Below are positions 1 through 9,146 of a stretch of 55,093 bases of DNA, piece by piece. The stretch's first letter is position 1. Each line of letters begins with the position of its first letter. Both the position numbers and the translations under genes were made by a program. The notes beneath the pieces are model-generated. The model was not told the DNA's origin. It saw nothing but the letters and a program-made list of their open reading frames with translations, and did no database searches. The stretch comes from Candidatus Bathyarchaeota archaeon (GTDB lineage: Archaea; Thermoproteota; Bathyarchaeia; Bathyarchaeales; Bathycorpusculaceae): assembly GCA_030673805.1 (NCBI GenBank), contig DAOVIH010000001.1, forward strand, positions 1 to 55,093, read 5' to 3'.

Positions 1-204
1 AAAAGCCCGCCATTCAGGCCCCCTATCAGCAATCTTTGCAGCAACCACAAAACCACAGTCCATACAAACAACCTCTGCACACTCATAATCACGCATAAAC
101 CTAACGCTACCACACTCAGAACATGACTGAACCCTAAGAGAATCAGGACTTCCCACAGACAATGAAGCATCATTTTCGTCTTTTGTTTCTTTATCCTCAG
201 TCAT
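1..204 (-). CDS. tfb: Transcription initiation factor TFB (TFIIB), N-terminal part; the gene runs off the window edge
   Basis: The minus-strand frame from ATG 204..202 reads [68 protein letters not shown]. This is the CxxC...CxxC zinc ribbon followed by the GPEWRAF motif typical of TFB/TFIIB. The frame is open to position 1. Its ATG overlaps the gar1 stop (ATGA). Confidence 0.8.
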   Translation of the reverse strand, partial: MTEDKETKDENDASLSVGSPDSLRVQSCSECGSVRFMRDYECAEVVCMDCGFVVAAKIADRGPEWRAF

Positions 205-452
205 TTCCATTTTCTCCGCCTATTCTTAATAGGAAGTGTGTATAGCAAGTTTTTGGCTATCTTTTCCGGGGTTTTGATTGTGGATTTAACTAATGCGTAA
301 GGTGAAGAGACGGGACCTATTATGTCAAAGATTTTTCCAACAAGCTTAAGATTCTCGTCTACTACTGACGTGCCAATTCTTGGGGGTTGGTCAATTTTTA
401 CAATAATATTCTTGGACGACGTCACATTTATGACTCGGCCCAGTCTCTGCAA
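201..452 (-). CDS. gar1: H/ACA RNP protein Gar1
   Basis: The 83-aa ORF contains RLGRV..., [27 protein letters not shown], which matches the archaeal Gar1 beta-barrel core. It sits next to tfb, as in many archaea. Confidence 0.8.
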   Translation of the reverse strand: MQRLGRVINVTSSKNIIVKIDQPPRIGTSVVDENLKLVGKIFDIIGPVSSPYALVKSTIKTPEKIAKNLLYTLPIKNRRRKWK

Positions 453-767
453 ACTACCAACCTCTTAAAAACAATTACGACAACGACGTATTTTATTTAA
501 ACTTTTCTACTTAGAATAGTTAGCGACGTTCCAATTGAGGACTACTCGGTCAAAAATCTCAAAGATTTGTAGATTGCTAACTAAAAAATCCTGGATAAAC
601 ACCTGGTTTCCTCATCCGCCAACAGCATCTCCCTTGCTAAGCCTTGTTTTTAAGAAACTAATTAACAAAATCTTTCGAGTGAATGCTTAGGCTCTTAAGA
701 ATTAGTGGATAGGCTTAACTATAATTCCTCGCATAAGTAGTTTAGTGTCGTTATGGAGGGTTAGAAT

Positions 768-953
768 ATGGCACGCCCCGCCAAGAAAAGAACGTTTATT
801 CAAACAGATAGAAGGGAAAAGTCGATTAACCAATTCGGGTTTTTGTTAATTCCAATAATATTCTTGTGGTTTGCCATAATCCACATTATAGGGGGGAACA
901 CCCCAAAAAAACTTGGGAACCGCATAGACGAACAATTAGATGCAAAGGGTTAG
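768..953 (+). CDS. Hypothetical small membrane protein (61 aa)
   Basis: A GGAGG motif lies about 8 nt upstream of the ATG. The protein has a basic N-terminus followed by one hydrophobic segment (FGFLLIPIIFLWFAIIHII). I recognise no family. Confidence 0.35.
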   Translation: MARPAKKRTFIQTDRREKSINQFGFLLIPIIFLWFAIIHIIGGNTPKKLGNRIDEQLDAKG

Positions 954-1205
954 GGTTTGCTGGGATCCTGCACAATCACAAACTTTATGAGTGAAAGAGG
1001 GAAGCTGCCAAAGTTGCAATTGCTTTTGGTTAATTACAGTGCAAAAGCTATAAGAACTGCCATTATCGAAACGGTTAAAGCATTTCGTTTTATGAGTGGT
1101 TACACCAGCAAATCCGCATCAAGGTATCTGAACATACATTATTGGAGTCGAAACGTTCATAAATGAGAAGTGGCGATAAGACTGTGCCATTAAAGGGTGA
1201 GGCTA

Positions 1206-1586
1206 ATGTCAAAACCGTTTTATGTGAAATATGAAGTGCCCAAAGAAATCGTAGATGCCGCCTATGAAGCCCTACAGATAGCTGCAAAGACAGGAATAGT
1301 AAGAAAGGGAACTAATGAAGCTACCAAAGCCATTGAACGAGCTAGAGCAAAACTTGTTGTAATAGCCGAAGATGTTGATCCGCCTGAAGTCGTCGCTCAC
1401 CTATCGCTCATTTGTGACGAGAGAAAGATTCCATACGTTTTTGTATCTAGCAAGGATGAAATAGGCAAGGCAGTAGGTATTGATGTTCCAGCCGCTGCGG
1501 CTTGTGTTGTTGAAGAAGGAGAAGCGGCAGGATTAATCAAAGAAATAATCACAAGAATGGAGAAAGTGAAAAGAGGAGCTCAGTAA
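1206..1586 (+). CDS. rpl7ae: Ribosomal protein L7Ae (also a C/D and H/ACA RNP component)
   Basis: The sequence reads [14 protein letters not shown]...[33 protein letters not shown] prefer the ATG at 1206, which follows a GGTGAGG SD, over the GTG at 1197 used by the ORF track. Confidence 0.95.
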   Translation: MSKPFYVKYEVPKEIVDAAYEALQIAAKTGIVRKGTNEATKAIERARAKLVVIAEDVDPPEVVAHLSLICDERKIPYVFVSSKDEIGKAVGIDVPAAAACVVEEGEAAGLIKEIITRMEKVKRGAQ

Positions 1587-1816
1587 TGAGCAGACACGAA
1601 AGGGCAGCAGACCAAGAAAAGATACCTGCAGAGGTAATTCAGATAATTGGACGAACAAGCGCCACCGGGGAAATATCTCAAATTCGAGTGCGAATTCTAG
1701 AAGGTAACGACAAAGGTCGGATTATTACGCGGAACGTGAAAGGCCCAGTTCGAGAGCAAGATGTCTTGATGCTAAGAGAGACTGAAAGAGAAGCAAAGAA
1801 AATCTCCAGAAGATGA
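1586..1816 (+). CDS. rps28e: Ribosomal protein S28e
   Basis: The sequence [26 protein letters not shown]...[22 protein letters not shown] is the S28e signature. The start overlaps the L7Ae stop (TAATG). Confidence 0.95.
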   Translation: MSRHERAADQEKIPAEVIQIIGRTSATGEISQIRVRILEGNDKGRIITRNVKGPVREQDVLMLRETEREAKKISRR

Positions 1817-1841
1817 AACGAGACAGATTATTCCAGAGGAA

Positions 1842-2045
1842 ATGTCAATGCCTAAATTCAGGAAATGTTCATTTTGCGGTAATGAATTTCCAGCTGGCAC
1901 GGGCATGATGTACGTCAAGAATGACGGGACAATATTGTGGCTCTGTTCAGGCAAATGCAAGAAAAGCTCCATAAAGTTCAAACGAGATTCTCGCAAATTG
2001 AAATGGACAAAATATTTTGGCAAAGAAGAGAAAGGAAAAGCCTGA
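1842..2045 (+). CDS. rpl24e: Ribosomal protein L24e
   Basis: CSFCGNEFPAGTGMMYVKNDGTILWLCSGKCKK is the L24e zinc-ribbon motif. The L7Ae-S28e-L24e order is the conserved archaeal arrangement. Confidence 0.95.
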   Translation: MSMPKFRKCSFCGNEFPAGTGMMYVKNDGTILWLCSGKCKKSSIKFKRDSRKLKWTKYFGKEEKGKA

Positions 2046-2147
2046 TGTTGCAAGTAAACTGCCAATAATTGTCCGTTGTTTGTTCATGACTTATGCGACC
2101 AGAGTCTTCTCTAAATCATTTCTCAACCAAACTTAAGACTATTGAAG

Positions 2148-2243
2148 TGGTAGCGGGGAGTAGATTTGAACTACCGATCTCTGGGTCTCTCAGAAATGGT
2201 TCCTATGAGCCCAGCGGGTTAATCCTGGCTACCCCACCCCGCT
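2148..2243 (-). tRNA. Initiator tRNA-Met (CAT) with a 17-nt intron at 37/38 and a genomically encoded CCA
   Basis: The reverse complement is AGCGGGGTGGGGTAGCCAGGATTAACCCGCTGGGCTCATA[GGAACCATTTCTGAGAG]ACCCAGAGATCGGTAGTTCAAATCTACTCCCCGCTACCA. It has an A1:U72 pair, the AGCGGGG acceptor, a GGG/CCC anticodon stem and a CAT anticodon. The intron folds into a bulge-helix-bulge: CTCA pairs with TGAG, flanked by 3-nt bulges. Confidence 0.85.
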
Positions 2244-2378
2244 ATATTTTATTAAGGAACACATCTGGGGCTTTCTACTAATTAAAGCTCGTTGAATATT
2301 AATGATTTCTTTTGCATTCAGTATCAGCAAAAACATTTTAGCATAGTGTATCAACCTGTAGTATTGGTGCTCACCTAG

Positions 2379-3023
2379 TTGGACAAACCATTTGTGCGAG
2401 AGTTAAACAAACCGATACTTGAAAACCCAATTTTTGTACAAGGGCTTCCAGGATTTGGAAATGTCGGTAGAATTGCAACTCATCTGCTAATCAAGTTTTG
2501 TGAAGCAAAGCTTTTTGCAGAATTATATTCACCTACCTTTCCTGATTACGTATCAGTTAGTTCGAAGGGAATATGCAACTTGCCTCGTTACGAGTTTTAC
2601 TCAGCTCCAATTGAGAATAATAGCTTTATAATAATGACTGGGGAAACCCAGCCTTCATTCGAAGATGTTGTAGCTCATTATCAAGTTTGTGGAGAAATTT
2701 TGGAATTCATCGAGAAGCAAGGCTGCAATTTTATTGTTACTATTGGGGGAGTCCCACTAAATGGAGAAAAGGCACAGATCTACGTTGCTGCTACTTCGCC
2801 AAAACTTGTAGCTGAGTTCGTAGAGAAGGGGGCAGAAAGATATGGCAAAGGAAAAATTGTTGGGGGAACGGGTCTTACACTAGCCCTTGCTAAAGAGCGT
2901 GGTACCGATGGCATCTGTATTCTAGGCGCCACAACAGGCATAAAAGCAGATAAGGGAGCAGGGTTTTCAACTTTCAAGTTTTTGATGAAAGCCTTAGGAA
3001 AAGAGATAAAAGAGGGATTGTAG
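2379..3023 (+). CDS. PAC2-family proteasome assembly chaperone-like protein
   Basis: The sequence LENPIFVQGLPGFGNVGRIATHLLI...YEFY...IIMTGETQP...IVTIGG resembles the archaeal PAC2/COG1938 family. The start is TTG. Confidence 0.7.
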   Translation: MDKPFVRELNKPILENPIFVQGLPGFGNVGRIATHLLIKFCEAKLFAELYSPTFPDYVSVSSKGICNLPRYEFYSAPIENNSFIIMTGETQPSFEDVVAHYQVCGEILEFIEKQGCNFIVTIGGVPLNGEKAQIYVAATSPKLVAEFVEKGAERYGKGKIVGGTGLTLALAKERGTDGICILGATTGIKADKGAGFSTFKFLMKALGKEIKEGL

Positions 3024-3061
3024 GAAGAGAAATCAAGTTCACCGTCTCTGGATGTGTACAA

Positions 3062-3301
3062 GTGACTGAAAAAACTGGAAATAAAGGATCTGACAAAGCG
3101 GAGACAAAATCGAAAATTGAGATGACTCTTTGGGTACTACTTGCAGCATTCCTTATTTTTGTGGGTCCCACTTACATAACATATCTGCTCTCGAATATTC
3201 TAGGAGCTGGCTTTGGGGTTTCTATGGCTTCTGGGTTTTTGCTTTTCGTGATGGGTTTAGTTCTCTTGTGGCATCTTGCCCGAAAGAAGATCGTCACGTA
3301 A
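3062..3301 (+). CDS. Hypothetical small membrane protein (79 aa, two predicted TM helices)
   Basis: Two hydrophobic stretches (LWVLLAAFLIFVGPTYITYLL and GFLLFVMGLVLLW) follow a charged N-terminus. The start is GTG. No family recognised. Confidence 0.4.
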   Translation: MTEKTGNKGSDKAETKSKIEMTLWVLLAAFLIFVGPTYITYLLSNILGAGFGVSMASGFLLFVMGLVLLWHLARKKIVT

Positions 3302-3462
3302 ACAAAATTTGCCTCAGATACCCCAGGGTGCATCATCTTCTTCAGCTATTTGAGATTCGTCATCGGCATTTCTATGATCTTCCCGAGTTGATATTAAGTC
3401 TTCTTCAAATTCGAAGGCGGTCGGGAAAAAGCATATAAAATATACCTTGATACATATCCAAT

Positions 3463-4062
3463 ATGCACCGCGGCAGAAATACAGAAAACGTGGACGTAAG
3501 AAACAAAGGAAACAAAAAAACCACAAGAAGAACAACAATTATCCTAGAGAGAGAAGAGAGAGAATTCATAGATACGCTAATACGTGAAGGCAGAGAACTC
3601 GGAATCAAACCTCTAATCTCCAAAATGCTTGAAATTTACAGAGGATTGATGATTTACGATTGGCGTTTTCCTGGAGAATACTATTTCGGAATCAGTCGAG
3701 TAGCCTTCGTTAACGTAGAACTATTGAATATCCTGATGCAACAAAGAAAACCAGAAGAAAAACGCCAACTTGGGAAGAGAATTGGTGAAGCTTTGAAAGT
3801 CTCCATCGAAACCACCTTGGACATTCAAACAGGCAAACGGAAGAATTGGGAAAAAGTATTCAGAAGACTAGAATTGCAGGGATTCGGGGACTTTTATTTG
3901 AAAGACAAGTATGTTCTAATAAAAACACCGTTCATCAACTATCCTGAGGTGTGGGCAAGCATTTTGGGAGAGTTGCTAGAAAGCAAATTTGAGCCAAAAA
4001 CATCCATACCGCCGTTAGTTCTTGAAATAAAAGAGAATCCAGAGTCTTCAGTCCCAGATTGA
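3463..4062 (+). CDS. Hypothetical protein with a possible N-terminal ribbon-helix-helix and a C-terminal V4R-like region
   Basis: The N-terminus is basic, followed by TTIILEREEREFIDTLI (RHH-like). The C-terminal GFGDFYLKDKYVLIKTPF...WASILGELLE is reminiscent of V4R domains. The assignment is tentative. Confidence 0.45.
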   Translation: MHRGRNTENVDVRNKGNKKTTRRTTIILEREEREFIDTLIREGRELGIKPLISKMLEIYRGLMIYDWRFPGEYYFGISRVAFVNVELLNILMQQRKPEEKRQLGKRIGEALKVSIETTLDIQTGKRKNWEKVFRRLELQGFGDFYLKDKYVLIKTPFINYPEVWASILGELLESKFEPKTSIPPLVLEIKENPESSVPD

Positions 4063-4169
4063 ACCTAGGCTATCTGTAAAAGAAAAATGTCAGCTACGAG
4101 TCTTAGTAAAGGGTACTGGTAACTCTACGGGTAACAAGGGTTGATGTTAACTGTCGGGTGATAGAACTT

Positions 4170-4601
4170 CTAAAAGTCTTTAAGGGATTCAAATAATTGT
4201 GTAAATTCGTTTCTAATAATATTATTACTACCAATAGTTACTATTCCCTGAACATTCGTAATGTTTATACCAGCTAATTTATTGGCTCTCTGGAATTTTG
4301 AAGATCCTTCGATAAAAGCTATACCATCACCAGAAATTTTATAAAAAGTTCTCTTGCTTTTGATTTTTCTGTTGCTAGTGATTATTTCATATTCTTCAGT
4401 TTCCTCTTTTATCCAGCCAGTCTCGATTAGATATTGAAGATTTCTAATTACTTCTTTCTTCTTAATTCCTTGTTTTTTCAAGTCAGAAGTTATTTTGCTT
4501 ATCTTAACTTTATAACTACTCATGCCTCTCGGATTTTTCCAGACATTGTAAAAATATTCAAGAATTTTCTTCCGTATCGTATCTTCTGACAACACTCTCA
4601 C
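4170..4601 (-). CDS. Hypothetical winged-helix DNA-binding protein (143 aa)
   Basis: KKILEYFYNVW...ISKITSDLKKQGIKKKEVIRNLQYLIETGWIKEE looks like a wHTH. The gene lies in a visibly AT-rich stretch. Confidence 0.5.
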   Translation of the reverse strand: MRVLSEDTIRKKILEYFYNVWKNPRGMSSYKVKISKITSDLKKQGIKKKEVIRNLQYLIETGWIKEETEEYEIITSNRKIKSKRTFYKISGDGIAFIEGSSKFQRANKLAGINITNVQGIVTIGSNNIIRNEFTQLFESLKDF

Positions 4602-4645
4602 ACGGTATTGGAATTAGCTATGATAGAATATAAAAACTCTTGGAA

Positions 4646-4810
4646 TTATTGATGTTTACGGATGATTATTTTTATTGTATCGCCTTCAATTAAACCATAA
4701 AGCTGGTTTATTGTTTTCAACCCTTCATCAGGATATACTATTAAGTGTAGAGTCTCGTTAAACAAATCAACTTTCTTGAATTTTGCCATAAACTCACTTT
4801 CTTCATTCAT
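4646..4810 (-). CDS. Hypothetical small protein (54 aa), below the ORF-track cutoff
   Basis: My own translation is MNEESEFMAKFKKVDLFNETLHLIVYPDEGLKTINQLYGLIEGDTIKIIIRKHQ*. It lies directly upstream of, and co-oriented with, the 143-aa wHTH gene. No homology recognised. Confidence 0.3.
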   Translation of the reverse strand: MNEESEFMAKFKKVDLFNETLHLIVYPDEGLKTINQLYGLIEGDTIKIIIRKHQ

Positions 4811-5124
4811 ACAAATCACTACCCGACGATTTTTTACAGAAAGATAAATCCGACGGAGACTCCCCAGTACCTAGTAAAGATAGGTTTATTAGTGAGAAAG
4901 AGGGTTCCCATACGATTTGGTGAGGAAAATGAGGGATCGCATTCATGAAAGGCGATTGTGTTCATCGACGGTGAAACTAACCGCGAGATAGAAATTCTAA
5001 ACCTCCTATTTGACACAATGTTGTTTTCTCCCTTTTTCAAAGCAACAAAGTTTTTCTTTAAAAGGCTTGAATCGCATATAGAAACAGAATGTGATAATTG
5101 CTTCGAGAACTCTGGTGATAAGAA

Positions 5125-6093
5125 ATGAACAAAGTAAAATTTGCTTTACCCGCTGGGTCTTTAGCAAAAGCAACATTCGAAATACTGCAGCGCTCAGGCT
5201 ACAGAATCCATGGACAGGAACGTACTTACCGCCCAACGATAAATGACTCGAAAATTGAGCTGAAAATACTGAGACCGCAAGAAATTCCGATTTTTGTAAG
5301 TGAAGGATTACAAGACGTAGGGATAACAGGTCAAGACTGGATATTAGAAACAGGTGCTGAGGTTGAAATTCTGCAAGATTTGGAATACGGAAAGGTAAGA
5401 ATAGTAGTTGCCATCCCAAAGAGCTGTGAAACGAATAGTGTCTCCAGCTTTATGAAAAACTTGTGGCGTGAAGGCAAAAACGTAAGAGTGTCCACAGAAT
5501 ACCTGAACATCGCTGCAGAATACTTAAAGAAAGATCCAGAATACAAGAGACTCTTTGGCAATTCAGAACCTTTGCAGATTACACCATGGTGGAGAAAGGG
5601 TGAAAACTCGAAGGCGAAGATATTTTTGTCTTTTGGAGCTACAGAAGCCAAGACACCTGAAAACGCTGATTTCATAATAGATGTTACTGAAACTGGCTCA
5701 ACTCTTGAACAAAACAACTTAACGATAATTGAAACAGTAATGGAGTCCTCGGCAGTTCTAATCGCAAACAAAAAAGCCTTGTCCAACCCGCAAAAAAAAG
5801 AAAAAATCTATGATATCATGACTCTTTTAAAAGGGGTTGTTGATGGTTCCAAAAGAATCCATATTTACGTTAATGTGAGAAAAGAGAACCTTCAGAAATT
5901 AATACAGGAATTGCCAGCTCTAAAGAACCCTACAGTAGCTTCATTGGCAAGAGAAGATTGGTATTCTGTCAACACTGTAATCGAAAAAGACCAGCTAATA
6001 GAGCTCCTACCTATAATTCGCAAACTCGCTCAGGGGATTGTAGTATATGAACCGAGACAAGTTTTGGCCCTGGATGAAGTGAATCGGAGATAG
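5125..6093 (+). CDS. hisG: ATP phosphoribosyltransferase (long form)
   Basis: The sequence FALPAGSLAKATFEILQRSGY...LRPQEIPIFVSEGLQDVGITGQDW...TGSTLEQNNL identifies HisG. It is the first gene of the his operon. Confidence 0.95.
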   Translation: MNKVKFALPAGSLAKATFEILQRSGYRIHGQERTYRPTINDSKIELKILRPQEIPIFVSEGLQDVGITGQDWILETGAEVEILQDLEYGKVRIVVAIPKSCETNSVSSFMKNLWREGKNVRVSTEYLNIAAEYLKKDPEYKRLFGNSEPLQITPWWRKGENSKAKIFLSFGATEAKTPENADFIIDVTETGSTLEQNNLTIIETVMESSAVLIANKKALSNPQKKEKIYDIMTLLKGVVDGSKRIHIYVNVRKENLQKLIQELPALKNPTVASLAREDWYSVNTVIEKDQLIELLPIIRKLAQGIVVYEPRQVLALDEVNRR

Positions 6094-6101
6094 AAACTCA
6101 A

Positions 6102-7436
6102 ATGGGCGATCAGCAACTTGAAGTGAAGGTTTGGAAGAGCGTTTCACTTCCTAAGGATTGGCTCAGGAGGAGAGAGAGGACACCTCAAGAAAACAGTCAG
6201 TTATTTGAAGAGAATGTACGAAAAATAATAAACGGGGTAAAAAAGAGTGGAGATGCGGCTTTAGTAGAATTTACGGAAAGATTCGATAAGACCAAACTTA
6301 GACCTGAACAACTCCAGGTGAGCTCGGATGAGATCGAAGAAGCCTACGGTGAAGTCAACCAACAGCAAATTGGAGCCATTAAGTTCATTAAAGAAAAAAC
6401 AACTTCTTTTGAGAAACTTATCTTTGAAAAGCAGCACTTGGAAACGACAAAGGATGGAATAGTAGTTCAAAATGCGCTGCGTCCAATTGAGAGTGTAGGA
6501 TGCTATGTTCCCGGAGGAAGAGCAGCCTATCCAAGTACAGTAGTAATGACTACGGTCCCAGCTAAGGTGGCAGGGGTGCCCAGAATAGCAGTTTGTTCTC
6601 CGCCATCAGCAGAAGGGGCGATCAATCCTCTGATTCTTGTTGCTGCGGACATTTGTGGAGTTGATGAGGTCTACAGAATTGGAGGGGCCCAAGCTATTGC
6701 AGCGTTGGCATATGGAACTGAAAGAATTAAACCTGTAAGAAAAATTGTAGGTCCTGGAAATAAATATGTGACTGCCGCAAAGCGGCTAGTCTCAAAAGAA
6801 GTAGCCATTGATATGCCAGCCGGCCCCAGCGAAGTTCTTATCTTAGCTGATGAAGCGGCAAACCCACGGTTCATCGCCAGAGACATGATTTCTCAGGCAG
6901 AGCACGGTGTGGACAGCATTCCGGGCTTGATAACAACATCTGAGAAAATTGCAGAAGAGGTTCTCTATTGGCTAAAAGATATGGTTGTCCGGGTAGAGCG
7001 AGGTATAATGGTCAGAAAAGCGCTTAATGAATACGGATTCATAATCATCTGCGACAACAATGACGAAATGATAGCCAATGCAAATCGTTTTGCAGCAGAG
7101 CATGTTGAGATAATGACCCAGACTCCGATGGAAATCGCAAAAAGAATCACGTCAGCCGGCGAAATCCTGATCGGCTCGTATAGTCCCGTGTCTTTAAGCG
7201 ACTATGGAAGCGGAGCAAATCACGTTTTACCCACTGGTGGTTTCTGCAGGGTCTTTTCGGGCTTGTCGGTCCTCGACTTTGCAAAACGAATTAGTATTAT
7301 CAAAGGTTCAAGAGAAGGATTGAAAAAGTTGGAGGGTTATGTTAGAGTCTTAACAGAGGCTGAAAACCTTCCAAATCACTACAAAGCTATAGCAGAGAGG
7401 ATTCAAATTGAAGGCTCAAAGAAAAAAATGGCTTGA
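6102..7436 (+). CDS. hisD: Histidinol dehydrogenase
   Basis: The motifs GCYVPGGRAAYPSTVVM, IGGAQAIAALAYGTE, GPGNKYVTAAK, SQAEHG and GSGANHVLPTGG match HisD. Confidence 0.95.
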   Translation: MGDQQLEVKVWKSVSLPKDWLRRRERTPQENSQLFEENVRKIINGVKKSGDAALVEFTERFDKTKLRPEQLQVSSDEIEEAYGEVNQQQIGAIKFIKEKTTSFEKLIFEKQHLETTKDGIVVQNALRPIESVGCYVPGGRAAYPSTVVMTTVPAKVAGVPRIAVCSPPSAEGAINPLILVAADICGVDEVYRIGGAQAIAALAYGTERIKPVRKIVGPGNKYVTAAKRLVSKEVAIDMPAGPSEVLILADEAANPRFIARDMISQAEHGVDSIPGLITTSEKIAEEVLYWLKDMVVRVERGIMVRKALNEYGFIIICDNNDEMIANANRFAAEHVEIMTQTPMEIAKRITSAGEILIGSYSPVSLSDYGSGANHVLPTGGFCRVFSGLSVLDFAKRISIIKGSREGLKKLEGYVRVLTEAENLPNHYKAIAERIQIEGSKKKMA

Positions 7437-8526
7437 AGATAAAATCAAAAGAGTACAACTTCTAGAAAACTACAAAGTTGGGACAAGCATCGAAACTCTA
7501 GCTAAGGAAATGGGAATAGCCCCTACAGAAATTATCAAACTCGATTCCAATGAGACTTTTTTCATTTCTAGAGAATTTCTCACTAGGCTAATGAAACAAG
7601 TTGCAGATGAATGTGACTTGAGAATTTATCCACAAGAAGAAAAGGACAGATTGAGAGAAAAACTCTGCGATTACCTCAATACAACTGAAGATTCGATCAT
7701 TATCGGAAACTCTAGTGATGAATTGATAGATCGTGTCGTACGGTTCTTTCTGGAAAAAGGAGATAACGCTATTTCAATAATGCCGAGCTTCCCCATATAC
7801 AAATATACTGTAAATCACCAAAACGCGACATTCACCGAAGTGCCCCTTCGGAGAGATTTCAAACTCGATCTCGAACGGATCTTAAGTGCGGTTAAGCCCA
7901 AAAGCAAACTTCTATTCTTGTGTTCTCCAAACAACCCAACGGCTAATCAGTTTGGACGCGACGAAATTACAGTTTTGATTGAAAAATTCCCCGGAATTGT
8001 AATTGTTGACGAAGCTTATGCAGAATATGCAGAATACTCAATGGTCCCTATGTTGGAAAAATTCGAGAATTTAATTGTTCTAAGGACTTTTTCTAAGGCC
8101 TTCGGTTTAGCAGGACTCAGATTAGGATATGCTGTAGCAAATCCAAGCATTGCCAAAACGCTTTCAGCTACAGTTGCGTCACCCTACCCAGTAAGCTCTT
8201 TCACTTTAAGGATGGGACTGAAGCTTCTGGAAAACAGACAGATAGTGGAAAGTGCCGTTGAAAGACTGAAAACTGAACGGAGAACTCTGATTCAGAAACT
8301 TGACTCAGTGAACGGAGTACGATCTTTTGAGTCAAAAACAAACTTTGTCCTATTTAGCACAACCAAGTCACATGAAGAAGTTTACCAAAACCTACTCAAA
8401 CAAGGGATACTTATCAAAAGGCTAGGCAATCTTCTTCATTTAGACAATTGTCTTCGAACAACAGTGGGACTGCCCAAAATGAATAAGAAACTGTTGGAGA
8501 CTATGGAAGAAGTAATGGAGAGGTAA
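7408..8526 (+). CDS. hisC: Histidinol-phosphate aminotransferase
   Basis: The motifs LDSNE, SPNNPT, VDEAYAEY and the TFSKAFGLAGLRLGY PLP-lysine motif match HisC. The TTG start overlaps the hisD end, so the exact start is uncertain. Confidence 0.9.
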   Translation: MKAQRKKWLEDKIKRVQLLENYKVGTSIETLAKEMGIAPTEIIKLDSNETFFISREFLTRLMKQVADECDLRIYPQEEKDRLREKLCDYLNTTEDSIIIGNSSDELIDRVVRFFLEKGDNAISIMPSFPIYKYTVNHQNATFTEVPLRRDFKLDLERILSAVKPKSKLLFLCSPNNPTANQFGRDEITVLIEKFPGIVIVDEAYAEYAEYSMVPMLEKFENLIVLRTFSKAFGLAGLRLGYAVANPSIAKTLSATVASPYPVSSFTLRMGLKLLENRQIVESAVERLKTERRTLIQKLDSVNGVRSFESKTNFVLFSTTKSHEEVYQNLLKQGILIKRLGNLLHLDNCLRTTVGLPKMNKKLLETMEEVMER

Positions 8527-8570
8527 AAAAAAGAAAAAGGATACCAAGAATTTAGAAGAGGTGGTTTTAG

Positions 8571-9146
8571 TTGAGAACGAGTAAAGTTTATAGAAAAACT
8601 CGGGAAACAGAAATTCTTGTTTCAGTGAACTTGGATTCACAAGGAAAATCTGAGGTGAATACTGGGGTTTCTTTTCTTGACCATATGATTACATTGCTAG
8701 CAACGCATAGCCTCATTGATATACATGCTGAAGTGAAAGGAGATTTGAGACACCACACAGTTGAAGACTTCGCAATATGTCTTGGAGAAGCACTGAGAAA
8801 AGCATTGGGCGAGGGAGAAGGAATAAACAGGTTTGGTTTTGCGGCCGTCCCCATGGATTGTTCCCTAGCTTTTTCAGTAATCGATTTGGTTAAACGGTCA
8901 TATTCAAAAATTGAACTGAAACTTAGAGGTAAAAAGATTGAAGACATGCCATCCGAAGACATTTATCACTTCTTAGAAACTTTGACAACATCATTGTCGG
9001 CTAACATCCATATATGGGTTCAATACGGGACAAATGATCATCACAAAACAGAAGCGGGAATAAAAGCCCTTGCGCTATCGCTTAAACAAGCGGTAGCGCT
9101 AGATCCTAGAAGGAAAGGGATCCCCAGTTCGAAGGGAGTGATCTGA
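8571..9146 (+). CDS. hisB: Imidazoleglycerol-phosphate dehydratase
   Basis: The motifs RKTRETEILVSVNLD, FLDHMITLLATHS, DLRHHTVEDFAICLGEAL and DHHKTEAGIKALA match HisB. The start is TTG, with a GGTGG SD 6 nt upstream. Confidence 0.95.
   Translation: MRTSKVYRKTRETEILVSVNLDSQGKSEVNTGVSFLDHMITLLATHSLIDIHAEVKGDLRHHTVEDFAICLGEALRKALGEGEGINRFGFAAVPMDCSLAFSVIDLVKRSYSKIELKLRGKKIEDMPSEDIYHFLETLTTSLSANIHIWVQYGTNDHHKTEAGIKALALSLKQAVALDPRRKGIPSSKGVI

Noticed and set aside
957-1166. A 69-aa ORF between the small membrane ORF and rpl7ae
   Set aside because: It has a TTG start with no SD, begins immediately after the previous stop, and has no recognisable family or hydrophobic pattern. I kept it only as part of the non-coding-gap finding.
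2093-2281. A 62-aa plus-strand ORF
   Set aside because: It lies entirely antisense to the well-folded initiator tRNA-Met gene (2148-2243). It has no SD and a low-complexity translation, so I treat it as an artefact.
4834-5040. A 68-aa minus-strand ORF in the hisG upstream region
   Set aside because: It has no SD and an odd composition, and it sits in the divergent promoter region. It is probably non-coding.
9144-9146. The in-frame TGA between hisB and hisH as a selenocysteine codon
   Set aside because: HisB and HisH are separate, well-defined domains with no known Sec site. I see no SECIS-like hairpin in the following sequence. A stop followed by reinitiation is the simpler reading.
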